DNA of 36,160 bases from Octopus bimaculoides (taxonomy: Eukaryota). The stretch covers positions 40,805,157-40,841,316 of the forward strand of contig NC_068996.1 of assembly GCF_001194135.2 (NCBI RefSeq), given 5' to 3'. The translations under genes and the position numbers were made by a program. Of this stretch, positions 1 through 11,099 are shown piece by piece. The notes beneath the pieces were generated by a model that searched no databases, was not told where the DNA came from, and worked only from the letters and a program-made list of their open reading frames with translations. The stretch's first letter is position 1. Each line of letters opens with the position of its first letter.

Positions 1-16
1 CGTATAATGTGTGTAT

Positions 17-240
17 ATGTTTGTGTATCTGTGTTTGTCCCTCCAACATCGCTTGATAACCGATGCTGCTGTGTTTACGTCCCCTAACTTAACGTTTCGG
101 TAAAAAAAAAATACACCATTAGAATAAGTACTAGGCTTACAAAGAATATATCCTGGGGTCGATTTGCTCGACCAAAGGCGGTGCTCCAGCATGGCCACAG
201 TCATATGACTGAAACAAGGAAAAGAATAAAAGAATAAAAC
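17..240 (+). mobile_element. SINE family A, 3' half
   Basis: Aligns to 9811-10030 (gtttgtcccYccaacatcgcttga...agaataagtactaggcttacaaagaat...ggggtcgatttgctcgac.aaaggcggtgctccagcatggccacagtca) and ends in (AAAGAAT)n-like tail. Confidence 0.85.
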
Positions 241-250
241 AATATATATA

Positions 251-297
251 CAACGGGCTTCGTTCAGTTTCCGTTTACCAATCCACTCACAGGCTTC
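251..297 (-). mobile_element. SINE family A body fragment
   Basis: Reverse complement of gtgagtgg.tttggtagacggaaactgaaagaagcccgt at 9725-9765. Confidence 0.7.
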
Positions 298-459
298 GAG
301 AGAGAACAAGTTATTAGTATAGAGTTGTCTCAGCGAGAGACGTGGAGTACTGATTATTGTTTAACGATGTTGGAGGCGACAGGATAGTATAACTCTGTTA
401 TTTCGGACACTTTGAGCTTGATTGAATGAGGAGCTGACTGTTGAAGATTAACCTTGTAG

Positions 460-730
460 TGGTGATGGCGATGGTAATAGTAGTTGTGGTGGTGGTGGTG
501 GTGGTGATAGTTGTTGAGGTCGTCGTTGTCGTATTGGTGTTGGTGGTTATGAGGGAGTTGGTGATAATAGCAACAGTATTAGTTGTGGAAGACGACAACG
601 ACGAAAAAGGAGGAAGAGGAGGAGGAGGAGGAGGAAGAGATGAAAAAGAAGAAGAGGGAGGAAAAGAAGATTAAAAACAATTAGAACGAGAAGACAATAA
701 CAATGACGATGATGTGGTTGATGATGAAAA
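460..730. repeat. Mixed trinucleotide low-complexity tract (GTG/GAC/GGA)
   Basis: Direct inspection. Confidence 0.85.
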
Positions 731-1150
731 AACAAAATGAAGATGACGTCTATGACGATGTTAAAATCGTTATTTAAATGTTGCAAACGACAACAATGAT
801 GATTAGCCTGAGTGGGGTACTAGTTTGAAAAAGAAAAAAATAAGGAGGCATAGGAGAAATGGCGGATGGATGTGATAAATACAAAAAAAAACCAGAATAA
901 AGGAAAACTGAAAAGAAAAACAGAAATGATTGTAAAAAAAAAAGAGGAGAAAAAGAAAAAGAAAGAAATACAAAGGAAAAGGAAGAAAAAAGGATAAATG
1001 GGAAACCGAAGAGGACAGAAAGAAAGGAACTATTATTAAAAGGAAAATAAAAGAACGAAAACAGAGTATTTAACAAAATAAGAAACAAAAAACCAAAAAC
1101 TGATCATAAATCAAACAAACAATATCCAAAAATATAAATGCTAACTAAAA

Positions 1151-1151
<1 letters not shown>

Positions 1152-1223
<72 letters not shown>

Positions 1224-1234
1224 TAATAATAATA
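1152..1234. repeat. (TAA)n microsatellite
   Basis: Nearly pure TAA run. Confidence 0.95.
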
Positions 1235-1380
1235 AATGAAATACATGAATAAAATAAAAACAAACGGGTGTTTCTTATGGAGCTGAAGTAGGGGAACAAG
1301 ATGGATACGCATGTAGGGAAAGCCAATTAGGAAATCACTGTCGAAACAGAGTCTTTAAATAACTAGGGGGTGATGTCGAC

Positions 1381-1530
1381 AGTGGTGGTGGTAGTGGAGG
1401 TGGGGGTAGTGGAGGTGGTGGTAGTGGAGGTAGGGGGGTAGTGGAGTTGGTGGTGGTGATGGTGATGGTAGTGATGTTGTTGTTGGTGGTGTTGTTATTG
1501 ATGATGGTGTTGTTGTTGTTGGTGGTGGTT
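1381..1530. repeat. (GGT/GTT)n low-complexity tract
   Basis: Direct inspection. Confidence 0.85.
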
Positions 1531-1779
1531 CTAGCCGCGGCATTGGTGGTGTTGGATAGAAGCAGGAAGAAAGCGATATGTTAGGGAGCAATGATGAACA
1601 AGGCGGACTAAATGTAAAAGGGGTTAGGGTTGTGAATCTTTCAGCGGGAGTGAAAGAGAGGGGGCAAGAGGAGGACGAGGAGGAGGCGACATTTGCCGGT
1701 TTCCAGATCAAAGATTTTTGCGGTGGCTCTAAACAAACATTTCGAGGTTAAGAAAGAAAAGAATGGGGTGTGTGTGCGT

Positions 1780-1780
1780 G

Positions 1781-1812
<32 letters not shown>

Positions 1813-1860
1813 TGTATGTATGTATGTATGTATGTATGTATGTGTGTATGTATGTATTGC

Positions 1861-1891
<31 letters not shown>

Positions 1892-2230
1892 CATGTATGT
1901 GTGTATGTATGTATGTACGTATGTATATATGTATGGGTGTATGTATGTATGTATGCATGTATGTATTGCATATATGTATGTATGCATATATATATATATA
2001 TGCATATAAATGCATATATATACACACATATTCACATACATATACATATATGCATAAATACATACATATATGCATATGTCATACTAATATATACTTTTGT
2101 TATTTACACCACCTGTCCTCGTCTGTTGTTATTATTTGTATATTCTCCCATATATATATATATATATATATACATACAAATGTGTACATATATATATATT
2201 ATATAAAGATATGTGCTTATGTATGTATAT
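1780..2230. repeat. (TATG)n/(TA)n compound microsatellite running into gap 2231-2860
   Basis: Direct inspection. Confidence 0.9.
2081..2149 (+). mobile_element. 3' tail fragment of hammerhead-bearing short repeat (family H1)
   Basis: actaata...tttacaccacctgtcctcgtc...tgtatattctccc(TA)n matches the 3' ends of 22797-22992 and 23028-23224. Confidence 0.6.
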
Positions 2231-2860
2231 NNNNNNNNNNNNNNNNNNNNNNNNNNNNNNNNNNNNNNNNNNNNNNNNNNNNNNNNNNNNNNNNNNNNNN
2301 NNNNNNNNNNNNNNNNNNNNNNNNNNNNNNNNNNNNNNNNNNNNNNNNNNNNNNNNNNNNNNNNNNNNNNNNNNNNNNNNNNNNNNNNNNNNNNNNNNNN
2401 NNNNNNNNNNNNNNNNNNNNNNNNNNNNNNNNNNNNNNNNNNNNNNNNNNNNNNNNNNNNNNNNNNNNNNNNNNNNNNNNNNNNNNNNNNNNNNNNNNNN
2501 NNNNNNNNNNNNNNNNNNNNNNNNNNNNNNNNNNNNNNNNNNNNNNNNNNNNNNNNNNNNNNNNNNNNNNNNNNNNNNNNNNNNNNNNNNNNNNNNNNNN
2601 NNNNNNNNNNNNNNNNNNNNNNNNNNNNNNNNNNNNNNNNNNNNNNNNNNNNNNNNNNNNNNNNNNNNNNNNNNNNNNNNNNNNNNNNNNNNNNNNNNNN
2701 NNNNNNNNNNNNNNNNNNNNNNNNNNNNNNNNNNNNNNNNNNNNNNNNNNNNNNNNNNNNNNNNNNNNNNNNNNNNNNNNNNNNNNNNNNNNNNNNNNNN
2801 NNNNNNNNNNNNNNNNNNNNNNNNNNNNNNNNNNNNNNNNNNNNNNNNNNNNNNNNNNNN

Positions 2861-3185
2861 NGCTGCTACCACCACCACCATCACCACCACCATCACCACC
2901 ACCACTATCACCACCACCACCATCACCACCACCATCACCACCACCATCCCCATCACCACCACCACTATCATCACCACCACCATCACCACCACCACCATGA
3001 TCATCATGATAATCATCACTATCACTGTCATCACCATCACCATCACCATCACCACGTCCACCTCCACCACCACCACCACCACCACTACCGCCACCACCAT
3101 GATCACGATCATCATCATGATCATTACCACACAACTCCTCCATCATCACCAACCACCATCATCGTCATCATCATCATCATCATCG

Positions 3186-3217
<32 letters not shown>

Positions 3218-3220
3218 GTT
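2861..3220. repeat. (CAC/CAT)n microsatellite
   Basis: Direct inspection. Confidence 0.9.
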
Positions 3221-3552
3221 TTCGTAGTCATCTGTAGCTGCACCACATAACTGTCAGCCTTCAATTGGAAGAACTCTAATGGACACTCGACCTGTTACAA
3301 ATAGCAGTCAAATTCTATTCTAACAAATTACGGAGAAATCTAACAATACACCCAGATTACGCAGTCTTACAAATCCACCCCCACCCCCCTTTAAATACGG
3401 GATGGTTGCAGCTGGTATCGCTTTTCATTGTAGATTTCCTCCTTGATTGGAGTTTACTCGGGGTTAAACCATAAGAATGTCATCATATGATATATACAAC
3501 TACCTCATCCCTCACCCCCCTCTGTCAGCATCAGTGTCGATGTTGTCATTGT

Positions 3553-3685
3553 CCGTCGTCGTCGTCCTCCTCCTCCCCTCCTCCTCCTTCTCCTCCTCAC
3601 CCTCATCTCTTTATCATCACCACCGTCGTCATCATCATCATCATTATCATCGTCGTCATCGTCGTCGTCGTCATCATCATCACCA
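3553..3685. repeat. (CGT/CCT/CAT)n low-complexity tract
   Basis: Direct inspection. Confidence 0.85.
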
Positions 3686-3916
3686 TTAATCTATACCAAC
3701 AACCAGAACTGGCGCCTCACCATCAAAACTGCCACATATAAAAAAAAATGTGACAACCATCGTCTCTTTCATCAGTCACCATTCTTNNNNNNNNNNNNNN
3801 NNNNNNNNNNNNNNNNNNNNNNNNNNNNNNNNNNNNNNNNNNNNNNNNNNNNNNNNNNNNNNNNNNNNNNNNNNNNNNNNNNNNNNNNNNNNNNNNNNNN
3901 NNNNNNNNNNNNNNNN

Positions 3917-4211
3917 GGCTCACAATCACGAAATAATGAGTTTGAATCCCGGACCGGGCTGCATGTTGTGTTCTTGAGCAAGACACTTTATTTCATGTTG
4001 CTCCAGTTCACTCAGCTGTAGAAATGAGTTGCGACATCACTGGTGCCAAGCTGTATTGGACCCTTTGTCTTTCCCTTGGATAACATTGGTGGTATGGAGA
4101 GGGGAAGCTGGTATGCATGGGTGACTGCTGGTCTTCCATAACCTTGCCCGGACTTGTGCCTGGGACGGTAACTTTCTAGATGCAATCCCGTGGTCATTCA
4201 TGACCGAAGGG
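3917..4211 (+). mobile_element. tRNA-derived SINE family B (5' end in gap)
   Basis: B-box-like GAGTTTGAATCCC, followed by ttcttgagcaagacactttatttca core; colinear with 8304-8600. Confidence 0.8.
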
Positions 4212-4232
4212 TTTTTTTACACTTTTATCCTT

Positions 4233-4322
4233 TTACACACACATACACCCACACCCACACATATATACATACATTCACGCACACACACACACANNNNNNN
4301 NNNACACATATATACATACATT

Positions 4323-4364
<42 letters not shown>

Positions 4365-4443
4365 TGCATGAAGGTTAGTGTAGTCTTATATATATGTGTG
4401 TGTGTGTGTGTTTGTATGTGTGTGTGTGTTTGTATGTGTGTGT
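4233..4443. repeat. (CA)n and (TG)n microsatellites
   Basis: Direct inspection. Confidence 0.9.
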
Positions 4444-4767
4444 AAAGGATGAATTGTATCCCGTTTTAATGTGACTAATTGACACAATTCACACGATTGC
4501 TAGTATACAAGATAGGTTTCCGAACTGACAATACCCTTCTCTCTTCCATCACTATCGGTGATCCTTTCTCTCTCCATCCACTTTCTGAATTATGGGCAAT
4601 CTCTTCAATTTAGAATGAAAAATGAAAAAAGATTAAAATGAATATGCAAGTTAGTGGATTTCAAAAGCTTCTACCAAACGAGATTATCCAAGAAATTACT
4701 TAGATAATCTTAGTTTAGCAAAATTATCTATATGATATTCACATTACCTATGTGACATTCAACCATA

Positions 4768-5650
4768 CGAGGTGGTATCACAAAGTTCTCAGACTAGTTC
4801 TCTAGCTCACCAACAAATGACAGCACACGGTTGCGTGCGCAGTGAGAGCTAGTATGTGACCTTTATGAAGGCAGTGTGTAGAGTGACATTGCTGTGCTTA
4901 CTTCACAAGTTGTGAAATTTGTGTTTTTGTGATCACGTGTCTGCTGTAGTCTGCAATTTTGTCATGGACAGGAACAAAGAACGAGCGTGAAATGTTTGCG
5001 TTAAGCTTAGGAAGTCCGCAACAGAGACATTGAACATGCTTCGGCAAGTTTACGGCGATGAGGCAATGGGTTGTATGCAACGTTTCGAGTGACGCGAACG
5101 CTTCAAAAGCAGAAGAATGTCCCTGAATGAAGATGAGGGATCTGGAAGATCTGCCACTAACATCACTTCCGGGTATGTAGCTTTGTGCATCGAGAATTCG
5201 TTCCCCAGGGCAAGACCGTGAACCGAGAGTTCGACAGAGAAGTTTCAGGAAGGACATTCGGTGAAAGCAACCGGATCTGGGGAGCGTGAAGAACTAGATT
5301 TTTCACCGAACTCTCATCGGGATTTTCTCGCCAAAAACAACATCGTGTCACTTCCACGTCCGCCCTATTCGCCAGATTTAGCCCTTGCGGACCTACATCT
5401 TTTCCCCAAGATAAAAACGCAGCTGAACGGTCGCCGTTTTAACACTGTTGTCGAGATCAAGAGCAAGTGGCAGAAGGTCCTCAACTTGCTTACGGAAAAC
5501 AACTTCCAGGTTGGATCGCAAAAGTGGCAGGAATGCTGCGACTGGTGTATTGTTGCTCAAGGTGACTATTTTAAAAGGAGTTGATGTTAAATATATTATT
5601 ATTTTTTTAATTAAACATAACTAATCCGGGAAGCTTTTGATACCACATCG
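4768..5650 (+). mobile_element. Internally deleted mariner DNA transposon
   Basis: 32-bp TIRs at 4768-4799 and 5619-5650 (25/32 identical), TA on both flanks (4766-4767, 5651-5652), transposase remnants inside. Confidence 0.92.
4964..5584 (+). pseudogene. Mariner transposase pseudogene
   Basis: N-terminal HTH remnant (CVKLRKSATETLNMLRQVYGDEAM...F...EDEGSGRS, with stops), catalytic fragment HREFVPQGKTVN, and C-terminus PYSPDLALADLHLFPKIK...GDYF; middle deleted. Confidence 0.9.
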
Positions 5651-5814
5651 TATTTGTATTCAGTATGCAGACTGCTTCCCCAAAGTATTTTTCTTCAGTC
5701 ATTTTATTGATAATCTTATACATTCTCTTTCTGAATAAAGTAGTGGGCAGCAGCAATACATTTGACAATAGATGTGCATGATTAACACTGATCTAGGAAT
5801 AATCAACAATAAAC

Positions 5815-5960
5815 AATGGTGGTGGTGGTGATGATGATGATGATGATGATGATGATGGTGGTGGTGATGGTGGTGATGGTGGTGATGGTGGTAGTGGTGG
5901 TGATGATAATGATGCTGATGATGGTGATGATTATAATTATGATGATGATGGTGGTGGTGT
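5815..5960. repeat. (GAT/GGT)n microsatellite
   Basis: Direct inspection. Confidence 0.9.
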
Positions 5961-6233
5961 CGAATAATTATGATGACTGCGATAGACATCATGACGTAAA
6001 GAACTTGACAATCAAGATGTGAGCCTGAGGTGATGCAGTGGATGCACATCATACTCGGACGCGAGAATATTTCGGTATACAAAAGCAAAAAAACATATTG
6101 AGAATTGGCATACACATAAGAGAAAATTAGCACGTGACAGAAATTTCATACTGATAAACTTCCTTTCATATTTCATATTCATTGCCGTAACATTTCTAAT
6201 ACTTTCCAAAATAATTCGGTTACTGAATTTATG

Positions 6234-7850
6234 ACGGTCATTTCGTCTCAGAGTTATTTCGTGTCACAAACATTTCGTCTTACAACCATTTCGTCTTACG
6301 GCCATTTCGAGTCACAACCATTTCGTCTCACAACTATTTCGTCCCACAACCATTTCTTCTGATAACCATTTCGTCTCACAGCCGTTTCGTCTCAACCATT
6401 TCGTCTCACAGTCGTTCGTTTCACAACCATTTCGTCTTACAACCATTTCGTCTCACGGCCATTTTGAGTCACAACCATTTCGTCTCACATCCGTTTCATC
6501 TCACAACCATTTCGTCTCATCCATTTCGTCTCACAACCATTTCGTCTCACAACCATTTCGTCTCACAACCATTTCGTCTCATGGTCATTTCGTCTCACAA
6601 CCATTTCGCCTTACAACCATTACGTCTCAGCCGTTTCGTCTCACAACCATTTCGTCTCAGCCGTTTCGTCTCACAACCATTTCGTCTCACAGTCGTTCGT
6701 TTCACAACCATTTCGTCTTACAACCATTTCGTCTCACGGCCATTTCGAGTCACAACCATTTCGTCTCACAGCCGTTTCGTCTCACAACCATTTTGTCTCA
6801 CAGCCATTTCGTCTCATGGTCATTTCGTCTCACAACCATTTCGCCTTACAACCATTACGTATCACAGCCGTTTCGTCTCACAACCATTTCGTCTTACAAC
6901 CATTTCGTCTCACGGCCATTTTGTGTCACAACCATTTCGTCTCACAGCCGTTTCGTGTCACAACCATTTCGTCTCACAACCATTTCGTCTCNNNNNNNNN
7001 NNNNNNNNNNNNNNNNNNNNNNNNNNNNNNNNNNNNNNNNNNNNNNNNNNNNNNNNNNNNNNNNNNNNNNNNNNNNNNNNNNNNNNNNNNNNNNNNNNNN
7101 NNNNNNNNNNNNNNNNNNNNNNNNNNNNNNNNNNNNNNNNNNNNTCACAACCATTTCGTCTCACAACCATTTCGTCTTACAACCATTTCGTCTCACGGCC
7201 ATTTTGTGTCACAACCATTTCGTCTCACAGCCGTTTCGTGTCACAACCATTTCGTCTCACAGCCGTTTCGTCTCACAACCATTTCGTCTCACAACCATTT
7301 CGTCTTACAACCATTTCGTCTCACAGCCATTTTGTGTCACAACCATTTCGTCTCACAGCCGTTTCGTGTCACAACCATTTCGTCTCACAACCATTTCGTC
7401 TCACAACTATTTCGTCTTACAACCATTTCGTCTCACGGCCATTTCGTCTCACAACCATTTCGTCTCACAGCCGTTTCTTCTTACAACCATTTCGTCTCAC
7501 GGCCATTTCGTGTCACAACCATTTCGTCTCACAACCATTTCGTCTCACGGCCATTTCGTGTCACAACCATTTCGTCTCACAACCGTTTCGTCTCACAACC
7601 ATTTCGTCTCACAACCATTTCGTCTCAGCCATTTCGTCTTACGGCTATTTCGTCTTACGGCTATTTCGTCTCACAACCATTTCGTCTCACAACCATTTCG
7701 CCTTACAACCATTTTGTCTCACGGCTATTTTGTGTCACAACCATTTCGTCTCACAACCATTTCGTCTCACGGCCATTTCGTCTCACAACCATTTCATCTC
7801 ACAGCCGTTTCGTCTCACAACCATTTCGTCTCACGGCCATTTCGTCTCAC
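6234..7850 (+). repeat. 16-bp minisatellite, consensus CCATTTCGTCTCACAA, roughly 100 units with variant types, gap at 6992-7144
   Basis: Head-to-tail units with recurring variants (CCGTTTCGTCTCACAG, CCATTTCGTCTTACAA, ...CTCACGG, ...TTGTGTCACAA); no unique spacers. Confidence 0.97.
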
Positions 7851-7854
7851 TTCC

Positions 7855-8035
7855 CTTGGCGGCATTTCGTCCGTTTTCACCATCTGAGTTAAAATTTCGC
7901 CGAGGTCGATCTTGCCTTTTATCCTATTGTGATCGATAAAATAAGTACCAGTTGAACACTGTGGTCGATCTTACCTACTTCCTCGAAATTGCTAGCCTTG
8001 TACCAAAATTTGAAATTATTACTGATTCTGGAGAC
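7855..8035 (+). mobile_element. tRNA-derived SINE family C, 5'-truncated
   Basis: cggcatttcgtccg...ctgagttaaaatttcgccgaggtcga (B-box-like); related reverse copies at 8668-8865 and 31430-31620. Confidence 0.75.
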
Positions 8036-8303
8036 TTTTACGACTATCAATCGTCCTTCCGTTCATTCACCATCTTCAGCTACACAACTGGGACACTCTT
8101 TTTTGTATTAATCTAAGCAGTCTTCATTAGTCAATTCTCCGTATTTCAATTTCTATTTCACTAATGCAAACAAACAACAGCGCCTTACATGCTAAATATA
8201 ACAACCAAATTGCCTTCAACTTTATTGTTTTATTTTTCATGAGCTCTAGAGTTCATGAGGTCGAATGCCCAATTTTTATGGCATATATGTGATCGAGATA
8301 TAT

Positions 8304-8600
8304 GAAGGCACATGGCTCACTCATTAGAACATCGGCTCATAATCATGAGATAATGAGTTCGATTCCCGAACAGGGTTACATATTGTGTTCTTGAGCAAGA
8401 CACTTTATTTCACGTTGCTCCAGTCCACTCAACTATAGAAATGAGTGCAAAATCACTGGTACCAAACTGTATCAGCCTTTGCCTTTCCCTTGGATAATAT
8501 CAGTGGTGTGGAAAGGAAAGGCTGGTATGCATGGGTGACTGCTGGTCTTCCATAAATAACCTTGCTCGGACTTGTGTTGCGGAGGGGAAATTTCTAGAGG
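8304..8600 (+). mobile_element. tRNA-derived SINE family B
   Basis: A-box-like TGGCTCACTCATT, B-box GAGTTCGATTCCC (8355-8367), body colinear with 3917-4211. Confidence 0.82.
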
Positions 8601-8667
8601 TCACATAAAGATCCCCCAAGGTGGGGTGGTATTTATCTGACCGAGACCACAACCTATCCCCTATGTG

Positions 8668-8865
8668 TTGCAAGGTTCAAGGCCAGCAAATTTGAAGGAA
8701 GGGGACAAGTAGTTTACATGGCATCAGGACTTGACTGGAACTTTGATGGATGAAAGGCAAAACTGACATCGGCAGGATTTGAACTCAGATAATAAAGAGC
8801 AAGAAAAAAAAGAAGTGCTGTTAAGCATTTTGTCCGACTTGCTGGAGACTGTGCCAGATCGCCCC
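8668..8865 (-). mobile_element. SINE family C, diverged
   Basis: Reverse B-box GATTTGAACTC (8776-8786) with ggatgaaaggcaaa and aagcattttgtccg flanks. Confidence 0.7.
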
Positions 8866-8997
8866 CCCCCCTACCAAACCTTATCTTAAAAGAGCTAAGG
8901 GCGTGTTAGACAATGCAGCCCTAGATATTCGGGTCTGAATTAAATACAAGATAGCCACTATTGATCGTCTTTGATATTAGTTGCTATCAGTCTTCGT

Positions 8998-9026
8998 TCA
9001 TAACAACAACAACAACGATGACGACG

Positions 9027-9057
<31 letters not shown>
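8998..9057. repeat. (CAA)n microsatellite
   Basis: Direct inspection. Confidence 0.9.
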
Positions 9058-9164
9058 GATTTCACCTCTCATTCTTCAAAGATTCCTTGCTCTTGAAAAC
9101 GTTATTGAAAGTAAACCTGTTCTTGACCCACAACACCAAGGTCTTGTGCTCTGGTATATTCCTT

Positions 9165-9225
9165 TATACTTTTATTCTTTAACTTCTTTCGGTCACTTGA
9201 CTTCGTCTATGCTGGGGCATCACCG
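9165..9225 (-). mobile_element. SINE family A tail fragment
   Basis: ttctttaacttctttcggtcacttgact..g.ctatgctggggcacc resembles the reverse tail of 9960-10020. Confidence 0.55.
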
Positions 9226-9394
9226 AAGTCTGATCTTTTTTGCCAAACTTTCAGGTTACAGAACCTAAACAATCTTTAATGGATTGTCAAGCCGCAATGA
9301 AACAAAATACAAACACACGCAGCACACACATACATACATAGACACACGCGAGCACTTAAAAACACACGCTCAGACACACACATATAAATGCACA

Positions 9395-9575
9395 CTAGAA
9401 GATATTTGACGGACTTCCACACAGTTTTCCTATACCAAATTCACTCACAGGGCATTGTACCTGGTCGGTGAGTGATATTGTAGAAGACGCTCACAAAAGG
9501 TACTAGGCAGTTAGAATGAAAGTGAAACCATGTAGGTGAAGAGCAAATTTCTTAACTACACAGCTACGTCTGCAT
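9395..9575 (-). mobile_element. Diverged SINE family A-like 5' half
   Basis: accaaattcactcacagggc...gtagaagac...gaaaccatgt...ttcttaactacacagc matches the reverse of 9603-9765. Confidence 0.65.
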
Positions 9576-9602
9576 CTACAAAAAAACCCCAAAAAAACTA
9601 AA

Positions 9603-10030
9603 GGCGTAGGAGTGGCTGTGTGGTAAGTAGCTTGCTTATCAACCACATAGTTCCGGGTTCAGTCCCACTGCGTGGCACCTTGGGCAAGTGTCTTCTACTA
9701 TAGCCTCGGGCCGACCAAAGCCTTGTGAGTGGGTTTGGTAGACGGAAACTGAAAGAAGCCCGTCGTATATATATATATATNNNNNNNNNNNNNNNNNNNN
9801 NNNNNNNNNNTATATGTTTGTGTGTCCGTGTTTGTCCCCCCAACATCGCTTGACCACCGATGATGATGTGTTTACGTCTCCGTAACATTAGCGGTTCGGC
9901 AAAAGAGACCGATAGAATAAGTACTAGGCTTACAAAGAATAAGTCCTGGGGTCGATTTGCTCGACTAAAGGCGGTGCTCCAGCATGGCCACAGTCAAATA
10001 ACTGAAACAAGTAAAAGAGTAAAAGAGTAA
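9603..10030 (+). mobile_element. Full-length tRNA-derived SINE family A with internal (TA)n
   Basis: A-box TGGCTGTGTGG (9613-9623), B-box GGTTCAGTCCC (9656-9666), CCTTGGGCAAGTG core motif, central (TA)n with gap, tail ending (AAAAGAGT)n; multiple copies in the window. Confidence 0.92.
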
Positions 10031-10112
10031 ATAAAAATCTGAAAATGGCAAATCTACTTGCATATATGTTCTATGAGTTGCTGAGTTTCTATTTTAGAAG
10101 ATTTACGAAAGC

Positions 10113-10250
10113 ATTTTGTCTAAACGTCTATCTTCCATGAATTAACTTATGTCATTTACATATTTGCCATTTATGTGACCCACTTTTTTTTTTAGCTAAA
10201 TAACGAACGTTGTCGATTTTTTTAACTTAAAATCGAGTGCCTACTTAAAA
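10113..10250 (+). repeat. Direct repeat of 10709-10844
   Basis: attttgtctaaacgtctatcttccatgaattaacttatg...aatcgagtgc.tacttaaaa shared at high identity. Confidence 0.9.
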
Positions 10251-10516
10251 TCGAGTGAATGTTAAGTAAATGACTGACTGACGTGTTAGCAGTGTACGTT
10301 CGGGAGGTTATGATATATTACAGAATAAATCTTTCAATTTAAATCACTATTGCATGTGTAAAATAATTAAAATTAATAAGATACTCTGGTCAGTCGCAAA
10401 CGGTTGATTTTTGTCCAGTGTTTTAATTAATTTTAAGTAGTTAATACACGCAGTACCGGATGAAATTTTAAGTCTGTTTTGTATGTAGCATGAAAGGTGG
10501 CTTGGTTTCGAGAACG

Positions 10517-10956
10517 AAGATTTACGGAGGGGAATATTCACGTTAGTTGCAGGTGTGCTGAAGCCAGACAAGTTCGATTTGGAACATAGACAAGCTCGAT
10601 TTGGAACAACACTACATACAAATAAATATTATTAACTAAACGTCTAATATTTTGTCTAAACGTCTAATATTTTGTCTAAACGTCTAATATTTTGTCTAAA
10701 CGTCTAATATTTTGTCTAAACGTCTATCTTCCATGAATTAACTTATGACATTTTCATATTTGCCATTATGTGACCTACTTTTTTTTTTAAGCTAAATAAT
10801 GAACGTTGTCGATTTCTTACTTAAAATCGAGTGCTTACTTAAAAATATTAGATGTTTAGTTAATAATATTTATTTGTATGTAATGTTGTTCCAAATCGAA
10901 CTTGTCTGGCATCAGCGCACCTGTAACTAACGTGAATATTCCCCTCCATAAATCTT
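10517..10956. repeat. Foldback structure: ~115-bp inverted arms (10517-10652 and 10841-10956) enclosing a 20-bp tandem repeat
   Basis: Arms are near-perfect reverse complements (left arm has an extra ~21-bp internal duplication); CTAAACGTCTAATATTTTGT x4.5 at 10636-10726. Confidence 0.9.
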
Positions 10957-11099
10957 GGGAAGGTAGGCTGATCAGGCTGGGTCGTAATGTTCTTGTTTTT
11001 CCTCCTCTTTCTCTTGTCTACAAGGATGGTCCTCCGGCTGTCTTCAAAGGAAGCTGCTTCCAGGGGAGAGTGAGATACAAGGCTTCAAGGTCAGCGGCA

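Noticed and set aside
398-3741. Poly-T/V/I/H/P and YVCM/HTYI ORFs
   Set aside because: Translations of tri- and tetranucleotide microsatellites and N-runs
6234-7850. CRISPR array
   Set aside because: Head-to-tail 16-bp units with no unique spacers, no cas genes, eukaryotic context
6464-7939. Long His/Ser-rich ORFs (491, 364 and 358 aa)
   Set aside because: The 16-bp unit is stop-free in all three plus frames, so the ORFs are a compositional artefact; they also span an N gap
9603-9680. tRNA gene
   Set aside because: A and B boxes are present, but the sequence is the head of a multi-copy SINE and I could not form a full cloverleaf
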